Below the pieces are notes generated by a model. The model was not told the DNA's origin and searched no databases. It saw only the letters and a list, made by a program, of their open reading frames with translations. A stretch of 64,000 nt of DNA from Octopus vulgaris. Its lineage: Eukaryota. Made by a program: the position numbers and the translations under genes. The DNA lies in NCBI GenBank assembly GCA_951406725.2, contig OX597833.1, positions 39,866,001-39,930,000 of the forward strand, given 5' to 3'. Of the stretch, positions 39,838 to 54,330 are shown piece after piece. The first letter of the stretch is position 1; the number at the start of each line of letters is the position of its first letter.

Positions 39838-39984
39838 CAGTAGTTGTTCTATTACTTTTTTTGTCACTAAGACCGATACATTGAAAGCAAAATGTGTCAT
39901 GAAATGATTAAGATATATAGCAATGTATATATATATATATATATATTTATGTATGTGTTTCTCCATGTACATAAAAATACACTT

Positions 39985-40028
<44 letters not shown>

Positions 40029-40640
40029 ACTCAGAGACAAAGTGAGACAAAAATTATCAACAACACGTCTAGTTTTTTTTTTTTTCTTCTCTTAGCAGGA
40101 AGCTTAAGTGTGCATGTACCCCCTAAGATGTGGTCTGCCTCTTGTCACAATAGTACAAGTTTGAACTTGAAACCTGAATGAAGTTGGTGCTGTTGTTTAT
40201 TTCATTGACCATATTTATGCTACATTACATGCAGGAAAGATGAGCAGCATGACTCAATAATTATGTGTAATGCACTTATTTTTCTTTGCTTTTTTTTTCC
40301 GTTTTTTTTTTTTATCAATGAGAAAGTTTTTTGTATATGCATCCTTTTGATCTTTTTCTAACCACTGCAGGTTTGAACTTGAGACTTAGATTAAGTAATT
40401 GCCATTATCAGAGCCATCTTAGCAGCATTATAAGCTCCTGGGCAAATCGATGCACTTGACCCTCTAGTATTTATTTATTGACAGCAAACTACAACATGTA
40501 TAAATCAGAATTGAACTCCTAGACCCCATGAGACCCTTGGACAACTGCCTAATGTACCCATGCTTTAAGGTGGCACTAGCTATTAAGTTAACCATAAATA
40601 AGTCTGTTAGTCTGTTGTAGGTGATAGTATTAGCTGAACC

Positions 40641-41078
40641 AGGGTGGTGAGCTGGTAGAAGCATTAGCATGCCAGGCAAAATGCTTTGCGGTATTTCGTC
40701 TGCTGCTACGTTCTGAGTTCATATTCCGCCGAGGTCGACTTTACCTTTCATCCTTTCGGAGTCGATTAAATAAGTACCAGTTACGCACTGGGGTCGATAT
40801 AATCGACTTTAATCTGTTTGACTGTCCTTGTTTGTCCCCTCTGTCTGTAGCCCCTTGTGAGCAGTAAAAAAAATAAGAAACATTAGAACATCAGGTGAAA
40901 TGCTTAGTGGTATTTCATCTGTCTTTACGTTCTGAATTCAAATTCTGCTGAGGCCACCTTTGCCTTTCATTCTTTCAGGGTCGATAAATTAGGTACCAGT
41001 TGTGTACTGGGGTCGATCTAATTGACTGGCCCCCTCCCAAAAAATTTAGGGCCTTGTGCCTTGAGTAGAAATGATTAT
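40641..41078 (+). mobile_element. Two tandem SINE family B copies
   Basis: First copy is CpG-intact (CCGCCGAGGTCGAC...GGGGTCGAT); second starts at ~40880. Confidence 0.85.
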
Positions 41079-41079
41079 T

Positions 41080-41220
41080 AGCTGAACCACAACCAATTTG
41101 CATATTATTTTGTATTTCATCAGTAGTTTCCCATCTGTTCAACAGAATCAGGTTGTAAACTTGTTTGTACTTGGATGTACAGCACTGGATGTACTTGGAT
41201 GTCCTGCTCCTTCTTGATGG
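41080..41220 (-). pseudogene. Mariner N-terminal fragment
   Basis: Minus strand HQEGAGHPSTS...QVYNLILLNRWETTDEIQNNMQIGCGSA resembles the mariner GRPS linker plus second HTH. Confidence 0.55.
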
Positions 41221-41221
41221 T

Positions 41222-41910
41222 GGAGGCACATAGCTTAGTGGTTAGGGTGTTGGGCTCATGATTGTAAGATTGTGGTTTCAATTCCTGGACCAGGCAACAC
41301 ATTGTGTTTTTGAGTAAAGCACATCATTACATATTGCTCCAGTCTACTCAGCTGGCAGGCATAAAATAATAATGAAATTATTGTATACAGTGGTCAGGTG
41401 CACCACAACTTGTCAAAAGTGCATATAAAGTATATGCAGTAATGTACAAATGTCTGGAAAGCGAACAGTGTATGAGTCAGATACATGCTTGCGTGTGTAT
41501 GGAGGGGAGAAAATCAGGTGTAGTGTTGGCGAATCTCAAGAAGCATGGAAGTTTTGAAGGATGCGGTGCTCCGACAACTAACAACTGATGCCTGCAGTTT
41601 GTTCCATGCTTCAGCAACTCTTAGTGTGAAAAAATGTTTCCGAAAGTCATGGGAGCTGTGCTGTTTTCTGACTTTGTAAACATGTCCACAGGTGTTAGAC
41701 AGGTGGAGTTTGAAAAGGTGCTCAGTTATTGTCTGTTAGATGGTTAATAATTTTATGGGTGTCTGCCAAGTCAGCTACCAGACGTCGAAGTTTCAATGTA
41801 TCCATACCCAGAGAAGATTACATGAGTAATCCTGCAACAGACTGGCGTCCCATCCAAGTGTGGTATTTATATGCCATGAAACTGGGAAACCAGCCCTTAT
41901 AAGTCAGCTT
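41222..41910 (+). mobile_element. SINE family C split by a LINE insertion
   Basis: Head 41222-41357; body resumes at ATGAGTAATCCTGC (41822), contiguous in the copy at 1-225. Confidence 0.78.
41365..41812 (-). pseudogene. CR1/L2-group LINE 3' end
   Basis: Minus strand GHVYKVRKQHSSHDFRKHFFTLRVAEAWNKL...SFKTSM, then 3' UTR and (TTA) tail. Confidence 0.82.
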
Positions 41911-42410
41911 TTGAAACACTTTTGCAACTATTTTTTCAATATTTTAGTCCATTCACGGATAGTCTATATTGGCAAAATTTCATTTCTTAGGAGTATGAAA
42001 GCATTTGATTGCTAAACCTTCAACCCACAAAAAAAAGAAAGAAAACTGCATCATCACTGCAAATAGAATGGCCTTGGTTATTGAAATAACAAAAACAGTT
42101 TAAGTGACATCTCAAGATTAAATGTGCACCATAGCAACTAAGAGGAAACCAGATCAAAAGATCATCAGCATCAGCATCATCATCATCAGCAGCGTCATTA
42201 TCATCATCACTTAACGTCCATGTTTCCATGTTAAGGCGTAAGATGCACAGATTGACAGGATCCACTGGAACCAAGAAATGCACTGTGCTCCAGTGTCTGC
42301 TTCAGCATGATTTATGTTTGGATGCCCTTCCTAACACCAACCATTTTATAGTGTGTATTTGGTGCCTTTATGCATGCCATTAGTATTAACGAAGTCACTA
42401 CAAACCATAT

Positions 42411-42519
<109 letters not shown>

Positions 42520-43295
42520 AAAAGACAGAGAGAGAGAGCCATCTATGCATCATAAATAATATTAGTACATCATTGAAAGGCAAATTTACTGTGGTATTTA
42601 TCCAGAGATAACATCTGTTCATGTAATTTAATGTGTTGTGAATGCACATGTCTGGCATAGTGTGTGTGTATGTGTGGTATAGTATACGGGATGTAGTTGG
42701 TGTGTGTGCGTGCATCTGTGTATGTATCTTTGTGTGTGTGGTATAGTGTGTGTATAATGTGTGGTGTGTATTTCTTGTTGCATAAGGGGTAGTGTCCGTT
42801 TTATAGCATTGTGTGTAAGCACGTGTGTGTGTATGTGTATGTGTAGCACATGTAATATGTAGTGCTGTGTATGCATGTTGTACAGTGCAGAATAATGTGC
42901 TGTATGTGCTGTATCTATGGTACAGTGTGTGTATCTATGAGCATATGTGACTCTTTTTGTTGTTCATGTTGTTGCTGCTGTCAAAGACGTAATGGTTGCA
43001 TTTTCGTTCCTGATGTTGCTGATGTTGTTGTTATTGATTTTGTCCTTACTGATGTTGGTTTTTGAATTTTATTTGATTTTTTCTCTGTTCCTTCCTTCCT
43101 TTTCCACTCTCACCCTTTCTCCTAGCCTCCCCCCGCCCCTGCCAGATACATCCTGCTTCTAATTTCCTTCAATATGAAATAAATGAAGATATATATATAT
43201 ATTTATATATATATTCTTTCCTTTCCTAGTGTCTAATAACACTATACTTGTTCCACGTCCTCGCATTGTTGTTTTCTCTTTGTTTATGTTTGGAT

Positions 43296-43572
<277 letters not shown>

Positions 43573-44096
43573 AAGTCATAAATGACAGGGAAATAGTTTG
43601 ATGAAGTTTTGAAAGATTTTTTGCATTTTGCATTAGTGCAAGCATGTAAGTAAATTATTTATTATTAAAAATAATAATATAAATTATTTACATGTTTTAC
43701 AGTTATGAAACAATTTGTTGTGATATTAGAATTTTCTTATTGTTAAATAAAATCTCATTAGACTATTTTTCTGGCATTCATGGCTTTATACACTCCTTAC
43801 TGTTTTCTCTTGTATTACACTATATATTCTGTTTTGTAGAATGATAAATTAAGGAGCATTTTTTATGGACAAGTGTGTGTGTGTGTGTGATTTTGTTCTA
43901 TATTTGTATTCCTATCATCACTTGACAACCTATGTTGATGTGTTTACGTCCATATAGCTTAGCAATTGAGCAAAAGTGACTGATAGAATAAGTACTAGAC
44001 TTAAAAGATTAAGTCCAAGGGTTGATTTGTTCGACTAAAACCCTTCAAAGTTGTATGGCCACAGTCAAATGACTGAAACAAGTAAGAGAATAAAAG

Positions 44097-44183
<87 letters not shown>

Positions 44184-44589
44184 TAAATTAATGAATTAAT
44201 ATATAAATAAATATATAAATATAAATATGAATAAGCAAACACCAAAGCTACTACTACTATCTTCAATAACAACAGCAACAATAATTACAACATCAATATC
44301 TCTCTTTTAGTCACCACCCACCAACCACAACCCACCCCTTCCTTCTGCCAAAAAGAAAACTAGCAATAACAAAAACAAAAAACAGAAACATCCAGTTCAA
44401 ATTAAGACTTGAAATATTTCCAAAATTATAGAAAAATCTAGATACAGAAAAGTAAAAACAAATTTGTTGCTGAAAATATTTTGAAATTGTCTCAGTAATA
44501 TTACATTACAATCCCAATAGCTACCTACTCTAACCTTTTATTTAATTTCACTTTAATGTTTCATTTTATTCAGGCTTTTATTTTATTTA

Positions 44590-44656
<67 letters not shown>

Positions 44657-44914
44657 TATTTTTTAATATTTATTTGTTTGTTATTCATTTTATTTTTATT
44701 ATTTTCATCTGTGAGCAAAGCTTATAGATGTAAATTTTTTCAAGTATGTATTTTTTCTTGTGTGCTTTCTGACTGAAAGTTCTTTCTCTTTTTCTACTTC
44801 ACCCACTCATCCATTCTCTCTTTTTCTAATTTGCTTTCTGTATATACATTATATATTTAAAAACTCTCAACCATTCCAACCTTGTATATCAACATGGAAA
44901 AATGAATGTAAGTA

Positions 44915-45198
44915 TATGATGATTATGATGATGATGATGATTGTGATGGTGGTGATGAAAACGATTATGATGATGGTGGTGATGATGACAACAATGTCCA
45001 CAGAAATAATAGATGGCAAAGGCAACTATAGCAACAGTGATGATGATGATGATGGTGATGGTGACAACAACAATGCTGTTGTTACTGCTGATTAAGATGA
45101 TTATGGTGAGTGATGGTGATAGCAGCAGTGGTAATGATGATGATGGCGACAATGACAACACTGATGATGACGATGATAATGATAATGATGATGATGAC

Positions 45199-45230
<32 letters not shown>

Positions 45231-45425
45231 CGATGACGACGACGACGATGATGATGATGGCAGTGGTGGCAGTGTTAGCAGCAGCAACACCAATGGTGGT
45301 GGCAGCAGCAGCAGCAGTGGTAGTAATGATGATAGTGACAATGATGACAATGATGCCGATAACGATGATAACTGTGATGACAGTGATGATAATGATGATA
45401 ATGATGATGATGATGATGATGATGA
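44915..45425. repeat. (GAT)-rich trinucleotide tract
   Basis: Seen directly. Confidence 0.9.
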
Positions 45426-45669
45426 GTGACACTCAGAGTCAGTTATTCATGTGCATAAACATTTTCCATCCATCACAACAACATGCTTTCTTCATTTCTT
45501 TCTCATATTCACTAAAGTCTTCTGCACTCAAGGATCTTGTCTTGAAACCATGCAATATTGACAGTTCTAACACAAGTGTCATACAATCCACCTTTTACCT
45601 TTGTTCCCAGTATTGGTAGTAGTTCCTTGAATTGCTTCCAACCCATTCTTACCCTGTCAACTGTGATTT

Positions 45670-46108
45670 CTTATTTCTTTATTGCCCACAAGGGGCTAAA
45701 TGTAGAGGCGACAAACAAGGACAGACAAAGGGGTTAAGTCGATTACATCGACCCCAGTATGTAACTGGTACTTAATTTATCGACCCCGAAAGGATGAAAG
45801 GCAAAGTCGACCTCAGCAGAATTTTAACTCAGAACATAACAGCAGACGAAATATCGCTAAGCATTTTGCCCAGCATGCTAACAGTTCTACCAGATCTGTG
45901 CGTGTATCTGCATTTGCCTCCCTGCCATCACTAGACAACTGATACTGGTGTATTTATATCCCTGTAACTTAGCGGTTTGGCAAAAGAGGCTGATAGAATA
46001 AGTACTAGGCTTGCAAATAATAAGTTCTGGGGTCGATTTCCCTCACTAAAACCCTTTAAGGCGATGCTTCAGCATGGCCACAGTCAAATGAGTGAAACAA
46101 GCAAAAGA
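45670..46108. mobile_element. SINE B (minus, ~45670-45892) and SINE A tail (plus, ~45900-46108)
   Basis: Family motifs as above. Confidence 0.78.
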
Positions 46109-46153
46109 TGAAAAAATAAAATATATATATATTTATATGGGTGCATGTGTGTG

Positions 46154-46233
<80 letters not shown>

Positions 46234-47002
46234 CACATACACACACACATACAAATATATATATATATATATATATACATACATACACAACTATATTTGT
46301 GCTTAATCTGTTTTTTAAACTGTTTTCATAGTTCCTTATTAGCCCTATTGTTCCAAACCAAACATAAAAGACCAATAAAGAAGTATGAAAAAAGCTTCAA
46401 TAGGTATGATTGAAGTCGAACACAGCTCCATCTTCAATATAACATCACACATGTGTGTGTGTGTGTGTGTGTATTTTATACATATGTACAGTATGTACGT
46501 TTGCCTGAATGTACACACATGCACATGCAACATTGCATGTGTGTGTGTGTGTGTGTGTGCGCGCGCGCGTGTGTGTGTGTGCATGTGCGTGTGCATGTGT
46601 GTGTGTGTGTGTAATAGTAAGTAGGAAAAAGGACAAGGCCCGTTTATCTTCAGGGAAATGGCTATGCTTGATATGCAGAAAAAGAGTGGGCAGAAATTCC
46701 TTACTAGTGCCCTGTCTTGTTTATTACTTACCTATTAGCCATTATAGGGAAGTTTAAGGCAGGTTGTCCATGGTAACATCTTAATATTTATGAACACAGG
46801 TGTTTACAGATTCTACTCTAATTCCTAAAAGAGTATCTATACAAGGATTGTGAAGAAATTTTTAGCATAGAAGCAAAAGCTGGAATTCAAAGGCCTTGAA
46901 CTCTATTTAGCAAAGACTCAAGGTTTAGTGAGTAGAAAGAGGCACAATTCTGCTACCATCAGAGAAATGGGCGTGCTCATTTTGTCGAAAAGTTACTGGT
47001 AG

Positions 47003-47488
47003 TGTATCAGGAATGTTCACAATCAACTGATGTCATGATCTGCTAGAGTATTATCCATGTGATCAATAAAATCTGACCAATAAGTTGCAATAGGTTCCAA
47101 CAAAGATTTCATCTTTTGGCATGCTTACTTCTGATCCTAACCATCAGTATAAATTCAGCACACCTTGACTACTTAACAGAGAGCTTTGGGATGTAGCTTA
47201 GAGAGCTTTGAGGCACAACAGAGATGAGCTGGGGAACAGATGGAGAACAGACATAGGCAGCTGCTGATCTGAGCTGACAACCACCACAATGAAGGATCAG
47301 AGACAGCAACACATTGACCAGCAGCTAACTTTTTGCACACTACAACAAGGACATCAAGAACAATAACATCCAAGCTCTCTCCATGCATTGTCATTCGAAG
47401 TAATGACCCTTTTTTTTGTATGTGTACAAAAAGAATAAAAGTTTTGTTTGTCAAAAACTGCAACTTCTCCCGTGTTCTATTTTGTACA
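47003..47488 (+). mobile_element. Solo LTR (486 bp) with 4-bp TSD
   Basis: GTAG|TGTA...TACA|GTAG; TATAAA ~47148, AATAAA ~47434. Removing it restores GGTAGAAATTCC (GRNS) of the host LINE. Confidence 0.82.
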
Positions 47489-47584
47489 GTAGAAATTCCA
47501 TATGAAAGTTGTATAATAGGATCAGATGAGTATTATAACAGAGGCAGACTTGTATATGCCAAGCATATCAAAGCAATAGTCAGT

Positions 47585-47968
47585 AAGTGGCTGTGTGGTA
47601 AGTAGCTTGCTTACCAACCACATAGTTCCGGGTTCAGTCCCACTGCGTGGCACCTTGGGCAAGTGTCTTCTACTATAGCCTCAGGCTGACCAAAGCCTTG
47701 TGAGTGGATTTGGTAGATGGAAACTCAAAGAAGCCCGTCGTATATATGTATATATATATGTGTGTGTATTTGTATGCCTGTATCTGTCCCCCTAGCATTG
47801 CCTGACAACCGATGCTGGTGTGTTTACGTCCCCATCTCTTAGCTGTTCGGCAACAGAGACCGATAGAATAAGTACTGGGCTTACAAAGAATAAGTCCCAG
47901 GGTCGATTTGCTCAACTAAAGGCGGTGCTCCAGCATGGCCACAGTCAAATGACTGAAACAAGTAAAAG
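47585..47968 (+). mobile_element. SINE family A, near full length
   Basis: Complete head GTGGCTGTGTGGTAAG...GGTTCAGTCCC, internal microsatellite, tail GAAACAAGTAAAAG. Confidence 0.88.
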
Positions 47969-48939
47969 GGAGTAAAAAGAGAAAAGTAAATTTTCTCACC
48001 TGCAAGGTTCCCAAGAATTAGTTGATATCTTCTGTTACCTAGCTGAACTAATTAGTAATGAGTGTGTTCTAAAGGTATAGTAACCAGAATAAAAATGACT
48101 TGAGGAGTGTTCAGTCAGCTATTAGTTCTTTTGGCAACAAAGGACTTTTCCTTTGGAGTGAAGGATAAACTGAATCCTCGTGGTGTACAACTTGTAATGT
48201 TGCATCTAGTGAGATATGGATCATGATTGCAATGGATTTGTGAAGGTTTGAAAGGAATAAAGAGAATATGTTCTATTGAACGTGCAATGTTAATGTAAAG
48301 TGCAAGTTACAATATGATGAGCTGAAAGAAAAAATGAATTTAAGCCGATTTAGGCAGCTTGGAAGAGAGAAAACTACAGTGGTAAGAACATATGTTGTGT
48401 GTAGAGGAGGGCAGCTGAAATAATGTGCTGTATATTCAAAGTGAATGAGACTTGTTGATGAAAGAAACCAATCTAAAGATGTTGCATCTTACAAAATAGA
48501 TGAAAACAGATTGGAATTATAAGTGACAACATTCCATGCAAGAATGGCAATCCGTACAATAAAATTTTAAGTGATAATGGCTAGGATGTATAATATGTGT
48601 CTATATTTGGGCCCTTTCCCCATTTTGTATCTTCTGAGTTTCCATCTACCATTCCTCCTGCTAATTTTTTTCTTTCTCTTAAGTGTTCTTAGTGTTGACT
48701 TATGTCACCCATTATTATTTGCATTGAAGTTTAAAATACAATTATCAGTGCCTAAGAATTCTTTTTCATTTGCCTATGTCTACTTATATATAATACCTAT
48801 ATCCATCCATATATATAATGTTAATGCCACATTCACTTTTTTTTTTTCTTTCTTTAGTTCATTATCTGTGATCACTTCTTCAGCTCATTCAACTGGTCAT
48901 ATTACGCTGAAAGATCACCAACAACATACAAGAGTGAGG

Positions 48940-49560
48940 ATTCCACCATCTTGTTGCATACAAGGCAACTTCACTTGTACTGGTGCCACAAAGAAAATAC
49001 CTCCACTGCATGTGGTCATATGGTTAGGATCCAAGTGGAGAGAAGACTTGCTTGAGAAAAAGCTTTAGTTTTCTCTTGTTGAGGACTTGATAACCATTCT
49101 TACACTGGTGCCATGGAAAAATGCACCAGTGCATTATGTGAAGTGCTTGGTGATAGAAAGAGTATCTGGTCATTAAAAACCAAGCTAAAAATCAAATGTT
49201 ACACGTAAGATTTAGTCATGCTATTCATCCAGGAAAGCACCTTGCTGTGCTCAAGAAGACCTATACTCCACAGAAGTGTTAAGGCTGGTCCTCCTGGTGA
49301 ACAGGAATGGCCTGCAAGAGTCCTGTGCCAGTGCAACGTAAAATGCACTTGTGCCAGTGTCACATAATGGCACGCATGCAGTGCCAAATGAAAGCACCCA
49401 GCAGACTCTGTAAAACAGTTGGCATTAGGGAAAACTTCTAACCATCGAAACCATGCCAAATCAGATTGGAGCCTGGTGCCGCTCTCCAGCTTGCCAGCTC
49501 TGATCAAACCATCCAACCCATGGACAACAGATGTTAATTCATGATGATGATGATAAGATG
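48940..49560 (+). mobile_element. RTE 3' UTR copies
   Basis: GTGCCA..TAAAA.GCAC motifs and (TGA)n tail. Confidence 0.65.
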
Positions 49561-50052
49561 ATGATGATGATAAGATGATGATGATGATGATGATGATATG
49601 TGTGTATGTGTGTGTATACAGACACAATGCACACACACACACACAACACACATACTTTTAATTCAGAGTGAATGTATTTATCTTATTTGTATGTATAAAT
49701 TGAATTAGAAATTGCTACAATAAATAATTTTGAAAACAAATGAAATGTTATTTTCTTAAACTCTTCCTTAAACTAAAAGAAAATCAACTCTTTTCACCCA
49801 ATATTTTCCCCCAGTCTCAAACATTTTTCTCACAAAAAATTTAATTAATTCATGGCCTGTGTTTCAATTAATTTTTCTTCATCTGGTTCAATGACCAGGA
49901 ACCTTTTTAGACCAGCATGTTGAATTTTTATTTTTTATATTTATATACATACATACACACATACATACATACATACATACATACATACATACATACATAC
50001 ATACATACATACATACATACATACATACATACATACATACTTACATACATAG

Positions 50053-50336
50053 GAGCATGTCTGAACATGCAACTATATGCATGAGATTAGATGCTTTAAA
50101 TGAAGCATACAAATCTGCACTTATGTATACACACACACACACAAACATACACCCACACACTTACGTGCACACATACACACACATACATAAGTACATACAT
50201 ACATACAGACAGACAGACAGACACAAAAATATCCTGCTGATGCTGTTGAAATTCCAATTAAGGAGCCTTGGATCTAGGTTAGAAACCAGCTCATTTTCTA
50301 TTGGCAAGAAATCTTGAAATAAAACTAGATAATGAC
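50053..50336 (+). mobile_element. R4/Dong-like LINE 3' UTR only
   Basis: Matches the reverse complement of 9600-9680 and shares GTTAGAAACCAGCT with ~35782; preceded by (TACA)n. Confidence 0.65.
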
Positions 50337-50473
50337 ATACACATATATGTATATTTATCTGTATGTCTGTTTGTCTGTCTCTTTCTCTCTCTCTTTCTAT
50401 CTATCTATCTATTTATCTTCATTCTATCTATCTATCTATCTATCTACCTGTCTATCTCTCTATCCAGCTATCC

Positions 50474-50535
<62 letters not shown>

Positions 50536-50906
50536 TTATCTATCTATCTATTTATCTATCTATCTTACACGATCCCTATTGATCGTTTTTTTCCTCTTCC
50601 CTTTTTTCCTCTTTTTTCTTCTTTTTTCATTTTTCTTTTCTTTTGTTCCTTTTCCCTTTTTTCCTTTTTTTTCTTTTCCTTTTTTTTCTTTTTTTCTTTT
50701 TTTTGGTTCTTTTTTTCTTTTTTCTTGTTCTTTTTTCCCTTTTACGATCCCTTTTGATCGAAAACCTATGCCACCTTTTTTTTTTTTTTTTTCTCCCCCA
50801 AAAGAAAAGCTCTACCTTGTAACTTGTCCCATCTGTGTGCAGCTCTGTGTGGCCAATAAAGAAACTTATCTATTTATCTGTCTGTCTGTCTGTCAGTCTG
50901 TCTATA

Positions 50907-50954
<48 letters not shown>

Positions 50955-50963
50955 CATCCATCC

Positions 50964-51011
<48 letters not shown>

Positions 51012-51059
51012 GTCTGTCTATCTGTCTATTTATCTATCTGTCTATCTATCTGTGTATAT

Positions 51060-51465
51060 ATTCTTGATTTGGCTTTGTGAGCAAACATTTACTGAGGGGC
51101 ATGTCAATGTCTTCTGCAGTAATGAGTCAAATTCAAGACAAGCAAGTACAACCACAGAGGCTGCATGGCAAGTTATGCTGATAAGGGTTTGTAGTGTTCT
51201 TGTTTTTCTTTGTTTTTCTCTCTTCTGCAAGGATGGTCCTGCTGGTGTCTTCAAAGGAAGCTGTTGCTTGGAGGACAGTGAGATGCCAGGCTTCATGGTG
51301 AGTAGCAAGAACAGAGTAGCAGTAGTAATCAACGTGGTGGGCAACCAAGGAATTTCTTTGGGGACTCTGTACCTTTTCTCTGTTGCTCATTTATCACAGA
51401 GACCAGAGGAGAGTTCACCATGCTGCATGATTTTGGGGAAACTGATGATCCACCATCCTGGAGAC
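51060..51465 (-). pseudogene. RTE (BovB-like) LINE 3' end with C2H2-type finger remnant
   Basis: Minus strand PKIMQHGELSSG...EAWHLTVLQATASFEDTSR...LPCSLCGCTCLS*I*LI. Confidence 0.72.
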
Positions 51466-52273
51466 ATTATTTTGTAAAGGTTATATCTAATTCTGTTGTG
51501 TCTGGGGAGGGTCATTTTCTTTCTGTGCCTTATAATTTAACACACACACCGGTAAAATTTCCACTTATTCATTATTTTTATTTTCCTAAAATTTTCGTTG
51601 CATCTTGCAACCTTTACAATAGTCTTGACTCTGTCCGTTATTTACACTGCGTTCCTTTTTTGTTTGTTTGCGCGCATGTGTGTGGGTCAGTGTGTGTGTG
51701 TGCCTATGCATGCATGCTTGCATGTATGTATGTATGCATGTGTGTATGTGTGTATGCATATGTGTGCATCTGTATGTATTCTGCATATTCATGTTTGTGT
51801 GTTTTTTAATGTATGTGTGTGTGTGAGCATGTGTTTGTATATGTATGCACCTCTGTCTTCTTGTGTGTGTATGTCTTCTTGTGTGTGTATGTCTGAGTGT
51901 GTGTGTGTGTGTGTTTTGCAACTATGTACCATGCTTGTATGTATGGATGTGCATCTCCATATGTGTGGACACATGTCTCCATATGTGTCCTTGTGTGAAA
52001 TAAAGTGTGTGTACATATGGTTATGTGTTTCAGTCCCCATTTGCACATGTGTGCTTGTCTGCTCATATAACCTGTCCCTATCTGTCTGTATGTTGATCTG
52101 TTTATTTTCATATCCATATGCTTACATACTTGTGCATGTACACATATATACATACACCCACACATACACGCATACATACATCTATCTACATAACAGCCCA
52201 TTAACTATTCTACTCTACCTGTGTAAACTGTGGGTATTGGGGTATGATATCTACTATGTATATTTCCTATTTG

Positions 52274-52580
52274 TGGAGGCGCAATGGCCCAGTGGTTAGG
52301 GCAGAGGACTCACGGTCAGAGGATCAGTTTCAATTCCCAGACTGGGCGTTGTGTGCGTCTATTGAATGAAAATACCTAAAAGCTCCACAAGGCTCCAGCA
52401 GGGGTGGTGGCGACCCCTGTTGTACTCTTTCTCCCCAACTTTCTCTCACTCTTTCTTCCTGTTTCTTGAGTAACACTGCGATGGACAGGCGTCACGTCCA
52501 GCTGGGGGGAATGCATATGCCATAGAAACTGGGAAACCAGGCCCATGAGCCTGGCTAGGCTTGAAAAGGGTGCATAAAAA
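52274..52580 (+). mobile_element. tRNA-derived SINE (family C related)
   Basis: GGAGGCGCAATGGCCCAGTGGTTAGGGC head; tail GGGAAACCAGGCCCATGAGCCTGGC as at ~190-213. Confidence 0.78.
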
Positions 52581-52833
52581 ATTTTTTTTAATATTTCCTG
52601 TTTAGTATTGAGGAAGTTTCATTTATAAGGATGAACTCCCATATTTGTCTAAGTGTTGGGTCTTTTGGGTGCTTGGATATGATGCGGATGTCAAGTTGAT
52701 GTCAAGTTATAAAGCACAAAAAGAAAATGACTTTCCCCAGACACAACAGAATATGCTTCAACACACGAACCCACATAAAGAATCTTGCAAACCAAATCCA
52801 TAAACGTTATATTTAATGATTTGTAGATATGTA

Positions 52834-53400
52834 TTGGGTTGTCCAGAAAGTTCATGCCGATTTATAGCAGCTTACCTTTCGACTTAGTTTAGATCATGGT
52901 TGAGTCCATAAAATAGGATTTGACTACACCTCCATTTAGAGCACAGTTTAAACTATCTTTTCGTGGAAGAAGGTTTATGTTCCTATAAGCTGTGTTAATT
53001 CTGTAACCCTTTAAAATGGAAGATAAGAAAGTTCATTTTCGGCTCTTGATGCTTTGGGAACCAGACAAAAATTGCTGCAGCTCAGCTGGGATGTGTTACC
53101 CCACCCTCCATATTCACCAGATATTGCTCCTTCAGATTTCCACTTATTCAGGTCTCTGCAAAATAGTCTTAATGGTAAAGATTTCAATTCCTTGGATGAT
53201 GTAAAAAGATACCTTGATGAATTCTTTGCCATGAAACCACCTCTAATTCTGGGAAGAGGGTATTTTCAAGTTAAAGGAAAGCTGGAGATGCATTGTGCAA
53301 CAAAATGGTTCATATTTAGTTGATTAAAAATGTAATGGTAAGTACTTATTGACCTTTTTCTTTCCTTTAAATATTGGCACGAACTTTCCGGACAACCCAA
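52834..53400 (+). mobile_element. Non-autonomous mariner, same family as 1958-2523
   Basis: TA|TTGGGTTGTCCAGAAAGTTC...GAACTTTCCGGACAACCCAA|TA; MEDKKVHF start fused to TRQKLLQLSWDVLPHPPYSPDIAPSDFHLF. Confidence 0.93.
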
Positions 53401-54006
53401 TAGTATCAGTATTTACATACCGCTATGTGCGGTGGCTATTTAAGCAATGTGTTCGAAGATGATTAATGGGTTAGATGGGTGCTAATGAAGGGATAAAACC
53501 CCAAGAAATTTGGCACATATGCTCATTACCCATTTTTCATCTTATATCTCATTCTTTGTTCGTTTATGTCTAATGTCTCACTATGAAACATTATGGCAAA
53601 TATCAGTGCTGGCTATAATTTCTTTAGAATATCTGTAGAAATAACCTTAACAGAATAATGTAAGAGCACTGCTAACACAGTAGAACGTGATATTGATTCA
53701 TAAAATCATTTAATATACTTTATAGTATATTATAGTTGCATAACAAAATACCACATGCTTACAAATCATTAGTGTCCTGGTGACAGTATTGTTTCATACA
53801 ATATCTAGTAATAATACCATTTAAGATCGATTTGTTTATACTCTTCAGTATTTTTAAAGCTGTGTGACTTTGTGTCAATAGGAAAAAATCATTAATATGA
53901 TTTATCATATTTCTTATGATTGTCATAAAAGTCATCGTCATCATCATCATCATCATCATGACGATGACTTTTATGACAATCCTCCTCCTCCTCCTCCTCC
54001 TCCTCC

Positions 54007-54044
<38 letters not shown>

Positions 54045-54045
<1 letters not shown>

Positions 54046-54330
54046 CTTAACGTCTGTTTTTCATGCTGGCATGGGTTGGATGATTTGACCTGGAGCTGGC
54101 CAGCCAGGGAGTTGTCCAAAATCCAACTGTCTGTCATAACATGGTTTCTGTGGCTGGATATCCTTCCCAATGCCAACCACTTTACAAAGTATGCTGGGGG
54201 GCCTTTTACATGCCACTGGCATGGGTGCATTTATGTGGCACTGGCACGAGAGCATTTTATGTGGCACTGGCACTTATAAAGGAGAAGCCTGTAGGTATGG
54301 ATGACAGGAATTTTACTTAGCTTGGTGTAT
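54045..54330 (-). mobile_element. RTE 3'-end copy
   Basis: (CAT)n-TTAACGTCTGTTTTTCATGCTGGCATGGGTTGG. Confidence 0.78.

Larger units (their letters stand above)
46620..48560 (+). pseudogene. Highly decayed RTE LINE hosting a solo LTR and a SINE
   Basis: KWLCLICRKRVGRNS and KWACSFCRK...GRNS motifs; ~48120-48500 is homologous to the RTE at 19510-20000. Confidence 0.62.

Noticed and set aside
40075-40440. Strong splice-acceptor-like sites (~40105, ~40370)
   Set aside because: All downstream frames close quickly and no convincing donor follows.
51052-51477. 141-aa plus-strand ORF of normal composition
   Set aside because: Antisense to a decayed RTE C-terminus.
51590-51625. Minus-strand GTTGCA-AGA-TGCAAC-GAAA hairpin resembling hammerhead stem II
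   Set aside because: CUGAnGA core is absent in this copy.
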